Below are positions 1-13,125 of a stretch of 64,000 bases of DNA, one piece after another. The notes under the pieces were generated by a model, which made no database searches, was not told the origin of the DNA, and worked only from the letters and a program-made list of their open reading frames with translations. Source of the stretch: Marsupella aquatica (lineage: Eukaryota > Plantae > Marchantiophyta); NCBI GenBank assembly GCA_973895155.1, contig OZ316893.1, positions 4,910,071 to 4,974,070 on the forward strand, given 5' to 3'. Each line of letters begins with the position of its first letter. Position 1 is the stretch's first letter. The position numbers and the translations under genes are program-made.

Positions 1-859
1 GTTGTTGATAATCTGCACCCAGCTCACACCTGCAGTCGTTCAAGAAACTTCTACAGTACAGAATCATGTGGGTGTCTTGTTTCATCAAAAAGTCGTTCAT
101 CTCCGGATGAACCGGGCGGGACTGAGTGGAATGATGAACATGCCAACTGGCTGGGCGATTGAGAGAAAGTAGAAATATCTCAGTAATTTCGGTCACATTC
201 GAAAGGGCGGTCAGTCTCAGAAATTCGCTCCACCTGCTAGGAATTTGAGTTCTCATGTCTGGTATTAACAAGTATCACTGATGCGAGGGGAACAGTACCT
301 AATCTTCTGTCAGCCTCCCATAATAAGTCTTGTTGTCATCTCACGATAACCAGAGACTTTACCTACAGATTTTGCTGAGACAGCGGAGTACTCCACCAGC
401 TTTGCTCACAGACTTAACTTGCCTGAAGAGTTTGCTGTTCCTTGGAAAGGGGGAGACGGCAGAGTACTTCACGAGCAACTCTTTGAGCCACGTCGATCAG
501 TGTATTATTGTTGGAGAGGACTTTCCAGTCCGCTCGAAAGAATCCGTTATTGTCGTTTTACTACTTTAGTTTGTTGGAAACTCGATTGAAAGCATCACTC
601 CCGCGAGCTATCTAAGACTGCAATTGACGTGCAGGATCGAAACCGCTAGAGAAGAATATCATCAGTAGAACGGTTCTCTTGAATTAAGTTGTAGCACAGC
701 AGCCTTCACGTTAGCAGCATCAGCCGACGATGAGTAGCGAGGCAGGATGAACTGGAGGAGCGATGAAGTCGAATTAATCTTAACTGATTTGCTCCTCAAT
801 CTTCCTTGGACATATCTCCGTAGTCGATAATCATCACTTTCAGATAGTCGACCACAGGC

Positions 860-2720
860 TTATTGGCCAAACGTTAAGCAGGCGGAACATGAACGCATGG
901 TTGCGTCGGTCCTCTTCGAAATGTTCGAAACGTCAGCCAGCACATCCTCCTGCGTTCGACTTCGACAATTCTTTGTGTTCTTCGATCGAGCTGACCAGCT
1001 CCTCTTAAGAATCCTGTTAGAGGCTCTAAGATCTTCAGTGTGTAACGGATCGGCCATCCTGATGTATTGTCTGGGCTCGCAAAGATCCTGTAGATTACCA
1101 AACAAATCTCATCAGAACTCGCCAAAGCTACTCCTCTATCCACAAGATCCAAGCGTCCCATGGCTTCCAGAGTTCACAATCTGAAATGGGAGAAGCGGAA
1201 TTGGAAGACCCGTGATCACGTGAGAGATAACAGGATTGTAACCAAAGAATTGCCCTTACCGAATGAAGATCAAAGAAAGCTTTGTAGCCTCCGTGCAGTA
1301 TGTACATGTGGGGAAAGGCTAGTGCAGGATAGACTTCAATGTGTCGCTGTCTGTCCAAATTCCTCATATGCCGAAATCTGCGCATTGCAGTTGTACTGAG
1401 TTACATTTCACCACGAACAAAAACAAGAAGAGTTGCGTGATCTCAAAGACGCAATGTAGTAACCAAATTTCAGGAAGTAAGAAGTTACTCGCAACGACAA
1501 CTGAACTGAGAACTGTGGTAGCCAGTTCATTGCCTAATGCGAGATTAAACTCACAGTTTCGGGGCTCTTGCGGATGAAAACTCGCAGTGGAGAATTATGA
1601 CCATGTCTTTTCCCTTCTCCAAGTTTCTGGCGTAGAACTCCTCTATGCAATTGGGTCCATTAAGATTTACAGCACCCTGGGGCAACATCAACAGGGACAG
1701 AACACTGTCATCAGTCTAATTCATGCATGCAATAAGCGTGCTTAGCGAGAAATGAGAAACCGGTCCAGCAAAGTTCTCTTCGTTACACAAGCAAACTTGA
1801 AGCAGAAAGCATCTGGGATAATCAGTAGAGACCACTAGGCTAGTGGACGTGCATTTGGGGGCAGAATACTAGCCAAGGAGGGCGACAGGAACTCTCAATG
1901 CATACGAACCAACCTGGAACAGGACACCTGAAGGATATTCGTTCCCTTTCAAATATGTAGCTTAAGACACAATCGCAGGTGTCTGACGGATGGAAATTAC
2001 ACTACAGAGACTTAAATCAGATAAGAGCCTCATGATAAACGATTTGGATCTTATTCCGTGCTTCTAGGCGAAGTGCAAGAAGGACTCGGTTGTGCTTCCG
2101 GTATAATAGAATTCACGATATTGCAGAACAGAGGCCGAGAATGGAACTGACATTTATGTGTCCACCGCAATATTCGAACTTATGCCGAGTGTCGATGATG
2201 ACAATACTCTCCTTGGGAATGTCACGCTCCCCTGTCAAGATGGACTTCAGCTGCAATGCGGGAAGAACTGTCAGAAGGAAGCGACAATTGAAGGAATCTG
2301 TATGAGACAAGAGTGTAATTCCTTGCTACGTTTGTCAAGCTTCGCAATTACGGGTGAAGAGAAACTCACAAGATCGGGGGAGACACTAGGAAGTTCGCAA
2401 TGCTCCACTAGTGGGAACAGGCCCTTCGCGACGTCTTCGAGCAACTTGAATGGCGATGGCTGCTCTTCCACGCACAAGGCAGGGGACCTCTGCAATGCTT
2501 TGGGAGTCTTGTTGACGGCTGGACTGGAGATCGTTGCCTGGTAATGGAACGAAGATAGTTCCGAAATGGACGATGGTGATGGATGGTCTTCCACGCGTGG
2601 AGCAGAGGACCTCTGCACTGCTTTGGGAGTCTTGTTCACACCTGGACTACATATCATCGGCTGATAGTGGAATGAAGAAAATTCTGGAATGGAAGAACCA
2701 GAGGTCTTTGGCCTTGCGAC
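860..2720 (-). CDS. CDC25: CDC25 (M-phase inducer) dual-specificity phosphatase, canonical type; 3' exons only, 5' exons (probably reaching about 4100-4450) unresolved
   Basis: GT-AG exons 2720-2370, 2250-2152, 1676-1555, 1377-1260 and 1087-860 join in frame. They give LPSVSPDL|LKSILTG..IIDTRHKFEYCGGHIN|GAVNL..IILHCEFSSARAPKL|FRHMRNLDRQRH..YPALAFPHMYILHGGYKAFF..|DLCEPRQYIRM, the CDC25 rhodanese-fold motifs including the HCX5R active site. Confidence 0.9.
2450..2695 (-). repeat. Coding tandem duplication (2 x 123 bp, 41 aa) in the CDC25 regulatory region
   Basis: SSFHYQPMICSPGVNKTPKAVQRSSAP.. is repeated as SSFHYQATISSPAVNKTPKALQRSPA..; ctttgggagtcttgt occurs at 2498 and 2621. Confidence 0.85.
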
Positions 2721-4214
2721 CTGCATTGTGTAGCGTCGACACCTCAGTCACTTATCGGTGGTCGAAGATGGGGTACCACCACCAAGAACTGATTCGCGTC
2801 AAGAAGCCATGCCCTGTAGTCAGTGACGATGCCCTATCGACTGCACCAAAGGAATCCCTTCCTGCATCCGTCTAAGACCAGCATTGCAAAGGCTGCAGAT
2901 CATATCACGCTCGAGAGATCCATCTTGCTCAAAACCTGCATTCGGGTAAGGAGGGCTGTGAGCTAGAGGCAGAAATCTCCAATAGACCAGCTAGGATAGC
3001 GTACATTCATTGGTGTGAGCGAACTCAATTGAGGTGCAATGAGACAATGCAACACAGTGCTAAATTACATCAACAACATAGGGCGTCCCAACAATGCACG
3101 CAACGAGTCTCTCAATTCGGTGCTTTACAGGTAGCACTTCGGCATTGGTCACGGGCGACGCCTCCACTTTCGACGAACGTTCACTCGCTTGGCATACATC
3201 AGAGCAGAGCCGCGGATAGATGTTGTTCTTGAATCTTCTAGTTCTTGACCTTCTAAGCCACTACCTCAGTAATAATTGACTGCGACCGCAACACGGACAT
3301 GAGAGAATTTGAAGCACAATCGCGTGGGATTGCCTTCGTTTCCACGTCGAACATACCACATTGGCAACCTCCAAAGGGTATCACCAGCGCTATTCGCACA
3401 CAGTTCCCCTTCCGAACACTGATAAGCTTCTCCCAGCAGCCAAGATCCAAATCAACGTGTCGCAACAAAAGCTTTCTCTAGGATCCCACTACCCGGCCCA
3501 TGTATGACACAAACGCATTGTCCAACCCATCTATCGGTAACGGAGTGCTTCACCGCTCTGCCCCAACAAAATGCCTGTCAAAGAGGCCTCCGGATCGGCT
3601 GGGCCCAGGCCAGAGCAACCAAATGCTCCGAAACAAAAGCGAACATTCATCCACACCACAATTATAAAATCTACTTCAATCCGTACCTGCTCAAAGTGCA
3701 ACGGGGTTCGCACCCGGAAAACATCCGTCCAATCCAATCCAAAGATGTGCTCGCAAAGAGAAAGAAACGCTTTCTCGATCATACTTACATTTCCGTAACC
3801 TTGCTTGCCGATCGATCGTAGCTGCAATGCGTCCGAGCAACCGAAACGAAGACACATCAGCTGACGAAGCCAACCCCAGCGGCAGGCAATGAGGAATCTA
3901 AAGCCTGGTGCATACGCAGCAAGTCCTCCTCTACGTGAGAATCTAAAGCCTCGTACGAAACGAGTCCAAGCCAAGCGAAGGCGGAGAGCCTTGTGGACTC
4001 TTCTCTTTCACACAAATGGGAGAATTCTTCCAGCATCGAAAGCGCCTCCGAACAAAAGCCAATCCAAGAAGGCAAGAATGGCAAATCCAAGGAAAGCCGA
4101 AGCTGTGGGAGACAAGACAGCCTTATGCGCTTCGCAGCTGCTTGCTTTCTGTTCTTACATCAATGGGAGAATCCGAGATGAGGGCACAACGCCTACCGAA
4201 AGCCCATTCTGCCC

Positions 4215-4257
4215 GTAGCAGTAGTAGTAGTAGTCGTAGAAGTAGTAGTAGAGTAGT
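4215..4257. repeat. Imperfect (AGT)n microsatellite
   Basis: gtagcagtagtagtagtagtcgtagaagtagtagtagagtagt. Confidence 0.8.
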
Positions 4258-7089
4258 TCCTTCTTTAGTTCTCTGGCTTCTCTGCTCTCATGACCAGACG
4301 GATTTCTAGTCGATTATAAGTTCTGCACCGACAGGAGCGGAACGGCAGCGGAGGAAGGGCGTTTGCAGGGGAGGAGGAGGCAGCGCCCGACGCCCCGACA
4401 GTACCGGAGCGCCCGGTTGACGGGATCGATGGCTCGCGAAAGGCTCGCCGGAGAGTAACAGAGACCAGTAGAATGATGAGAAAGAGAGCAGTTCCCGGTT
4501 GGCACACTTTCTGGGAGCGGGGTGGTGGGAGCGTATAGGATTTTTGAATTTCAAGTACGGATGTGGATACTCCGTCAATCTCGCATTTTTCTTACAATAC
4601 GGAACAGTACCGTATTATTAGTTCACCCCGGAATTAATTAATGGGATATACGGACGCGTCCTGTCGCCGACTGACCCGCGGGTTTAGACGTTGAGACTTG
4701 AGAGGCGATCTTGGTGACTAGCCAAACAGACAAACTGTGAGTCAATGGGGGGATTTGGAAGATTAAATTAAGTAAACTGTCTTTGTGTCTGATATGAGAG
4801 ATCATGTCATAAGCAGGCTTTTATGAGCTGAATCCTCATAAATTTGCCTGGACGGAGCAAATATTCTTGCTTATTGGTTTATTACGAACTTAGCTTTAAT
4901 TAAATAACATTCTCCGCCCTTGGTTTGAGTCTACCTGGATGACCCATTGAAGGTGATTCGACTTTCTTGGATCTGCCTGTCCGCTTCCAAATACACTGCC
5001 CTTGGGACCATCAGGTTAGCGCATGCACTAAGCCAAAAGCTAATATTTGTTTCTTTCTTTTCATGCTGGAGAATGCCATAAACAATTTCTTTGAAATTTG
5101 CTTGGTTATCTGCAAAGTATACTTTAATAAATTAGGGTTTCACATGAAAATAGTTGAAATACTCCTAAAATATGAAAAAAACCAAAAACAACAACCAAGG
5201 GTGCACTACAAAACATACTCAAGTTCTTGCACGATAGACTGGTATTGTAGGGAAGAGGCCACCTAACAAGCCCAGGCTCCAGTATTCCCGGAACCAGTGT
5301 ATTTTATAAGGATTTTACTTTTTGGCCAGAGGCTAATGTAAAGTGTGCAAAAGAGATCCTCAAAAGATTTTATTCAATTATTTTCCTTACAGTCAGATTT
5401 CTCTAGATTTAAGGTTGATTGTTAGATACTGGCTAATGGGGCATGTGATTAGATGGAACACTGACTAGTCATACAAAAAAATAGCAGCAAATTTTTTCCA
5501 AAAGTGGCAAAATGGGAGGTGGAATTTGGCATTTTACCCAAAAAAAAAAATTGCTGCCTCGATCCAATTTTATGTCCTAGGAGTGGTTACTTCATTGTGG
5601 CACTGAGCCCACTACACCTAAACTCTACATGTTGCTTTGCTTTGGCCTTCTTTGGCCTAGTGGTCCAACCCATCGGTGAGTTTACTTTAAAATAATTAAA
5701 AATTGTTAAATACCCTCAAACAAACAAAAACAATTTACTTGACCTCCAACATCCATCTGAAGCTCCCGTTACAGTAAATGTGACACATAATAGACTCTTT
5801 GTGTTGCATCCAAGGGTTTCGACAGCTAGGTCACAATGGGTAGTAGACAGAGGGGACCAACATTTTATCCCCTCCATTTTCATGTGGAGGCTGTTTCAAC
5901 TGCAAACCCCTAATGTACATGTCGCCATTTTTAGATCATTCTATACAAAAGCTAAACTACAGAAATGAAGGAAGGGTTTGAAAATCAAAATAATACATCT
6001 ACTGTAGTGTTATCCAACCAAAATGCATTCAACATCGTTATTTATAGTGAAAGAGGCCTGCATGAAAATGAAAATGAGCTCTCGTTTGCAAGCCTACATA
6101 ATAATAATGACCATAAAAAGCTCCTGAATTGGGTGTGAGAAGTTACCGTGCACAAGACCTCACTTCTCACCCAGGTATGGAATGTTCGCCCAACTTGCAG
6201 ATCTTTCGATGTCAGTAATTGTTCCCTTGCTTTACCTGTTGTTGTCCAGCAATTTCGGTGTGGGTGGCATGTGGCAAGTTGTGGCTGTCACCTGTAATGC
6301 TCGCTGAGTAAAATATCCCGTCCAAGCCACACACAGATACACACACAAAGAACATGATTTCTTGAGGATTTATGAACACCAACTGACCCTCCACATAGAA
6401 AATATCTGGCAATTTTAATTCAAGCAGTAACGGAAAAGTATGCGGAGTGGATCTTGACAGTGTTCAGTTTTGCCACATCATCCCCCGTCCTCGTTCTAAC
6501 AGCGTACGACTAGAGTGCCTTAGCCCTGGTTAGATTAGCGATTACCCCAATCCACCCACCCGCTATCTTGAGCCGTATGAAAGTGCCGCTGTCCTCTAGA
6601 ATATTTAACCTTACAATCGTGTGAATCCCACCAGCATCCAAACATCTATATCGTTTACTCTCTCTAAGTGCACACTTGTGCGAAGAAGCATCTAACTAAT
6701 TGGCGGTGTGATAAGTGCAAACCCAAAACATTGTGCAGGATAAGAGTGCACCCTCCATCAGTGAGCTGTCCCATGACTTGCAGCCCAAGTTCCCAAGTTA
6801 TACGTCCGTGCTCTAATGCAGTGTTCTTCCCAGTAAGTGCAATTTTGACTCTGCTAGAACAGGACATGCACAGTAAATGCAATTTAAAGGGGCTGTGTGC
6901 TTCAAGCGTTTGCACTTCTAAAATTGTGGGTTAGCGAAAATATCTCAGGCCTCTTTGCACTTTTAAAAAAGAGTGCAAATTTCGTGTAATATAAAAGTGA
7001 AGAACAGGACGCCAGTTTTGCAGTAATGGAGTTTGCACTTATAGAGAGCTAACTGTACATCGGTAAGAAAGTCTTTGACCGTAACCAAT

Positions 7090-7657
7090 AACGGCATCCT
7101 GCATTCCTGCCGTTTGCCTTCTTCCCATAATTTAGTAGGCAGCTGCACATAACATGATTACCAGTATCCGATCCAACGGCTGGAAGTGTCCCTCCTGCCA
7201 CATGTCTCCACGAAATTGGATCTTGTAGCACGGAGGGCCAATTAAATACGCCGTGGCTTCGGTGGTCCGGACGTGCTTCGTGAGTGTGCAAAATGGCCGT
7301 TGGATTGATGAATATCGGGTCCTCGCGGGGCGACACCCGTATCTAACGGGCCGGTACTGTGCAGACTGAAACGTTTGTCCTACTGCCACTTTGTCGTTCA
7401 CTCGATCGCTCAATCACTTTCGCTTGTATTATGTTTTGTACACTTTCACTTGTGTTATATTTTGTATCGATCGATTATTAGCTATTTTTACCTTCATTTT
7501 TAGTACGGTCAACAGACACTAGTACTGTGTTTGGATTCGTTATCCTGGGTTTTCCATTTCATGTCATGATGGACTATCTTTTTGTTCTTTTTGTTGAACG
7601 GAATCTTGTCAGATTTTCGTGACAAGACAAGTAAATTCCAAATCCAGACCCAACGGT
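7090..7657. promoter_or_regulatory. Cluster of MSA-like (YCYAACGG) motifs about 3 kb upstream of CDC25; may instead be part of a repeat
   Basis: TCCAACGG 7172, TCCAACGGCCA on the minus strand 7294-7304, TCTAACGG 7342, CCCAACGGT 7649. Confidence 0.3.
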
Positions 7658-8114
7658 AGAAAAAGGGGAGAATGACTTTATTATTATCAATTAGTTCAAT
7701 AATTGTTACTCTATAAAAGATGTCGTTTAGTAAAATGATATAGTGATGCCAAAAATGTTGTCAATAAGATGTGGTTAGGTCAAAGGTGTTATTATTTCGA
7801 AGATGTAGGGAAATAAAAAAGATGATGTTAAGTAAAAAAGCGTAGTTATGTCAAAGATGTCAAGTGAAAAGATGTCATGGCGGCAAAAATGTTGTTAAGA
7901 AAAAAGATATCAATAAGTAAAGGGATGTTGTTAATAACAGATGTTGTGAAATAACAAAAGTTATTAAATAGAACATGTTTATTAGTAGAAGATGTTGTTG
8001 ATGTAACATCTGTCGTTAACCAAAAGATGCCCCAAAGAAAAGACGTTGTTAGCAAAAAATGTTGTTGAGGTGAAAGGAGTTGTCAAGTAAAGGGTGTTAT
8101 TGTGCAAATGGTGA

Positions 8115-8475
8115 TGTTGTTGCACACCCCCAACCCATGTGTCTCTTTAAGTGCATAACTGAGTGGCAAGACATAACAACAACCAAGGGCTCGGCAGGGA
8201 GTTTGAACCAAGGCAAGGGGCTGAGTTAGGGCCAGGGATGGCTCACTTGACACTATCCAAGTTGGGAGCACCTGGACCCGAGGTGGTCCCTCCCTGCTAG
8301 TCGTGAGGGCACTCAGAGAATAGTTTTGTGTGAGGGAGGGAGGTGGCGCGAGGGGCAAGGGTGAGTTGGGAGGGAAGTTGAGGAGTTGCCTCGCTTCGCC
8401 TTGAGGCAGCGCGCTAGGGAGGAGGGAGGAGAGTTGCAAGGGGAGTCGGGAGGAGTGAAGGGGTGGGGTTGTCAC
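8115..8475. mobile_element. Possible degenerate solo LTR
   Basis: Starts TGTTG..CACCCCCAACCC and ends GGGTGGGGTTGTCACA (imperfect inverted termini TG..CA). No clear TSD. Confidence 0.3.
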
Positions 8476-9039
8476 AGTGCAAGGAGGCGGATGTCGAAGG
8501 CAATTGGAGTGGAGGCAGTCCAGGTTTGGTCACCGCAGCCTACATCCAAGGGACGACATGTTTTTTGGTTGCAAAGCCTTGATTTTTTTTGCGGTTTTTA
8601 ATTTCGTTCAGCCAGAACTGCCCGCCAATTTTGAATGACAACCACACCATAAATTGGTGCAAGAGTGTATTATAGTTTTCATAATGTAATGTTGTGCTAG
8701 TTAAGTAAAGCTTGGGATTGAAGACAAATCCTGAGACGCAATGGGAGGACCAACATGCCAAATGGGAGACTGAGCATCAAAGATACCTCACCCTTCCTTG
8801 TTTTCCATGCATGCAGAGGATGAATTTAAATTCCTTTAATTAGATTATCATATTCTCTCTATCATCTAACCTATTGTGTTTAATTATTCTATTTCAATTA
8901 AATTAGTACCATTCTTACATTATGCAATATGGTAGTACCTGCCATACTCTAATTATTAATATAGAGTATCATATTCATTATATATTTTTATACACCTTGT
9001 GTAGCTCTTTTCTACCCATTTGCCGTTGAAATTTTTGGT

Positions 9040-9500
9040 GCTTTCCAATTTACCTTTGACCAGTTTTTATGGGTCTTTGCAGTTTTTTGTATTGAGCGGA
9101 GGCCTTTCCCCACTGTTTCTGTCCTCACCATCATTTTTTCGGCAGCGGGTGTATGTGGCTCTTCAGCGGGCCCAGGCTTTCACCCTCCTTCGTAGAGCTG
9201 AGGCAGTTGGTTTTAGGGCTTCCCGGCAGATTCCGCTTTGTGACCCTCCTATGCGGTTTACTCCAGAGCTCTACCAGGCTTTTCAGTTCTCCGCTCAATA
9301 GGGTGTTAGCTTTCATGGCTCCTTTGTTGGTTCCTTTTTTGGCCCTTGTTTCTTCGTTGGCTTTTGGTTGGGGTCCCCTTGGCTTGTTTTTCTTGGGGCC
9401 CTTTCCCCTCTTCTCCTTCTCTTATTGGGTTGCTTTGCCTTTGGGATCATGTCTCCTGGTTAGGCGTGTTTTGCCCTTGGGCACCGTGATATATATTGTG
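9040..9500 (+). mobile_element. 5'-truncated non-LTR retrotransposon remnant (RLE/CRE-like 3' end), copy 1
   Basis: Translates FFRQRVYVALQRAQAFTLLRRA, resembling the C-terminus of RLE-clade ORFs (QRxSVALQR). Homologous to 11740-12140. Confidence 0.5.
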
Positions 9501-11739
9501 TGTGTATCAGAAACCTCCTTAATCCTTGTGCATGAGCACCTCCCTTTTTTGTGTCCTATTGGATTCTTGTTTGGAAAACACTTGATTTACTTTTTGGTGC
9601 ACACTGAATTTAATTAATATAGCCATTAACTTTTTTTGCACACTGCAAATTTGAGTGATGATCACTGTAAAAAGTGGCAAAAGATGTTATTTAGTCTTTA
9701 ATGGTAGTTGACAAGGGTAGTAATATAAGGAATGCTTACATTCCAGAGAATTAGGAAGGATGTTTTTGTAAGTTTACTTTCTTCAGGGTATTGAATAAAT
9801 TTTCCAAGAAAAAGATGTGATAGGGAGAAAGCTTAGCCAGGAGCACAATCAAATGTCAAGTTTATTTCCCTTCACAAAGTCACCAAACTGTCTACATACA
9901 AATATGCACTACAAGGGTGTACAAGCAGTGAGCAGCAAACTCATCATCTGACTAGAGAAAGAGCTACAAATTGCCTTGTAAGCACATTGGAATCCCACAA
10001 CGCTCCTAAAGGCCATGCCCAATCTTTCTAGAATGAAGTCTCAGACTGGAATTCCTTCCAGACGGTTATCCATGAAACAAAAGGCTTCCAATATTAATAA
10101 GGGGTTGTTCAAATAGCAGATTAGTAAATCTTTGTGATGGGGCACATGATCAATGAAGAGCCCATTCTTAGACACTAAACCCGGTTATCAAACCCTGCAT
10201 CATTCGCTTTGCAGATGGTGGGGAAACAGATTGAAAACACCGGAAATATGGATCACTCAGTTAACAGCATAAATATATTTTAAAGGAGGATGAGTGTTCT
10301 TAAGTAGGAAGGCACTCTACACCCCACAGAGACACGTGTACATTGCTCATCAAAGATCGAGCAAAGATACAACCAGAATAAAAATACCAATGAGGAGTTT
10401 ACATGGGGAAGCTCCTTTCTAATGTATATTCTTCTTAAAAGCAGCCTCACGAGCTACATGCCGTTTAGGGTTTTTAGGGACCACATTCGCCACATTCCTT
10501 CGTATGGGACCCTAGTCATCAGATCCTACGGTTCTACTTGAACCCAGAACATCTGACAGGTTAAATGTGCTGGAAGCACCTTATCTTGAGACCCTCCTGA
10601 CACACCACCCACACCAACTTGGTCCTATGGGAGCCAAAACAATGCATTCCTGCATGCAAGGCTTTTCATTAAAACAAAAACAAATTGATTTCCAAAGTAT
10701 GGACAATTTCGCAAAGTGACTGTAGTAGTAAGTTGCAGCAATAAGAAGTGTCCCATGATAATTATTCAGTCGTTCGCAATTGGCATTGTGCCATTTCTTC
10801 TCAGGTCCCATGATAATTATTCAATCCTTCATCCTTGTTCACAACGAGCCCAATGCCCGTACTTTGCACAGTTAGCAAGGTGAGGCACGGATGGCAAGGC
10901 GAGGAGCAGAGGGCTTGTGGGGAGGTGTTTCGCCCAATCAACTGGTGCGACAGGCCTTCATTTCTTCTTGCCCTGATGACACTTTGTAAAACAGACAGTT
11001 GCCCAGAGTCGGCTAGATCTGGTATTATGGGGTTTGATTGCCCAGAGGATTGAGAATTTCTCAAAGTGACAATAGTAGTAAGGTGCAGCAATACTGAGTG
11101 TCATTTCTTCTCATCCAATCCTCCCTCTTCATGCACTATTGCTCGGGAGATGGTCCGCTCCCCAATCCACTCACAAACGGCTGCTCGTCTCCCCCCCCAC
11201 TACAAGCAAAATAATATTATCCTGAGCGGTTGAGCATCATGTTTTTAAAACTCGTTCACAGACAAAGGTTATGGAGACGTTATGTCTCACACCCAGAAGA
11301 CAAACGTTAGTAATAAATTTATGCCTACAGTATCTACAGAACTCTATGTAGTTTCCATAAACTGATGACGGATCGCAATCAGTGTGCATGCATTTGATGT
11401 CCCATACAAAGAATCCAAACGCACAGTAAACGGATCGTGGTAAGTGAGATCCCATGCTAACTTTAGTGACGTTACTGGTCTCTATATACTTATTCAATTC
11501 TCTAAAAGTTTAAAATACCGTTTCTCCAGCTCCCCTTTTTAATTGTCCCCACGTAGGCTCCCATCATGTGCTTGCTTTATTTATTTTTGTCTCGACAGCA
11601 ATTTATATCATAATCATCTACTTTCCGCTGCAATGGCAGGTATCACTTTCCGCTGCAATGCCAGGATATCATGATAAGGATTTTTTTTGAAAATGATACC
11701 AAGTGGGATTTGTTTTGTTTGTTTTACTGGCTTGTTTTG

Positions 11740-12140
11740 GAGGTAAAATGACACTCTTACAGCCTTCTTTAAACAGAGGGTGTATGTGGCTTTGCAGAGG
11801 ACCTAGGCTTTCACTCTTCTTTGTAGGGCCCGGGTGATTGGTATTAGAGTCTCTAGACAGATTCCACTTTGTGACTCTCCCATGGGATTCACTTGGGAAC
11901 TCTACCAAGCCTTTCAGTTTTTGGCCTAGTAGAGTGTTAGTCTTCTCTATTACTTTGCTTGTTCCTTGTTTCTGTCTTCGTTCCTTTGTCTTTGTGGGGG
12001 GACACCTTGACTGGTTTGACCTCATGATTGGTCTTCTGGTGGCCTCTTCCCCTTCTTTCAAACTTTTATTGGGCTGCTTTGCCCTTGGGACCCTGGCTCC
12101 TGGTTTGGCATTTTTGGCTCTTGGCACTATGATATATATT
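11740..12140 (+). mobile_element. Second, more decayed copy of the same non-LTR retrotransposon 3' end
   Basis: gggtgtatgtggct..aggctttcac, agattcc.ctttgtgac and ctctacca.gc.tttcagtt are shared with 9148-9290. Both copies end in ggcac..tgatatatatt. Confidence 0.55.
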
Positions 12141-12841
12141 TTAGGGGCTCATTTGCCTATATATGGTGGGCATGTGCAGTCTTTTATTCAAGGCGGCTAC
12201 CTTATTCCCTAGTTTCTGTTCTCAATGCCTTCTTTAGACAGCACTTGTTTGTTGTAATACGAGGGCTCAAAGTTCACTCTTCTTTGGATCGGAGGGCCAA
12301 GGCTGTTAATTTTAGGTTCTCTAGACAATTACTCTGACTTAGTTTGTAATCCTCCTTTGCTCTTTAGTCTAGGACTTCAGTATATTATTCATTACGGCTT
12401 AAGTTCCTTTGTAGTAGCAAGGGACTCAAGCTTTTTCACTCTATGGTCTTCTTGAGGGTTTCCCCTAGGTTTCTTCCATTTATTGGGTCTCCTGCCTACT
12501 CTGATTCTCCCCTTGAATTGGTCTATGCTTTACTTTTCCCTTAGTTAGATGGTAGAACAAATCACTGCAAGATAATACAATTGATGAGAACACCTTGCTA
12601 GCTTATTCCAGGAAAATACACTCAAGCACATGAGGTCCTGCAGGCTGGTTTGAATACAGCACTAGCCTGGTGCTTACCTTTGACTTGATTGCTTCTATTG
12701 ATGAGCATGGGAAGGTGGTGCAGTCTAGATGACTACCTCATCTGTTTAATGTTGTGTGGAGGCCTGTCTTCCCACCCTTTGTTCCCTTTATGGTCCAGTC
12801 TGGCCTTTAATAAAAAATCACTGTTAATAATGATTTGGAAA

Positions 12842-13125
12842 CTCGGGGTTTTCATTTTCACAAAAATAACATATCACATGCGACAAACGATGAGGTCATT
12901 TTATTGGTTCTAAGAGAAGACTTAAAAAATTTCTCAAAAAAATTAAGATATTTCAAATCCAATTCTAAAACTTATAAGTATATTATAGTTTTTAATGTTT
13001 GGGGGAATACTCCAGAAATATTCCAATTTTATAGGGGTTAACATATATATATTACATTTTAAGGGGTCTGAGGCCTAAAACTGTTGCAGGTGATGGGGAG
13101 GCCTCCATATAGTGAGACCCCCGAG
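12842..13125 (+). mobile_element. 284 bp MITE of the CTCGGGGG-TIR (P-like) family
   Basis: Left end ctcggggttttcatt. Right end ggtgatggggaggcctccatatagtgagacccccgag is nearly identical to 57694-57730. Flanks tttggaaa / tttggagt (6/8 TSD match). Confidence 0.85.

Noticed and set aside
4541-4554. CHR-like TTTGAA near the presumed CDC25 promoter
   Set aside because: A 6-mer expected by chance, and the TSS is unknown.
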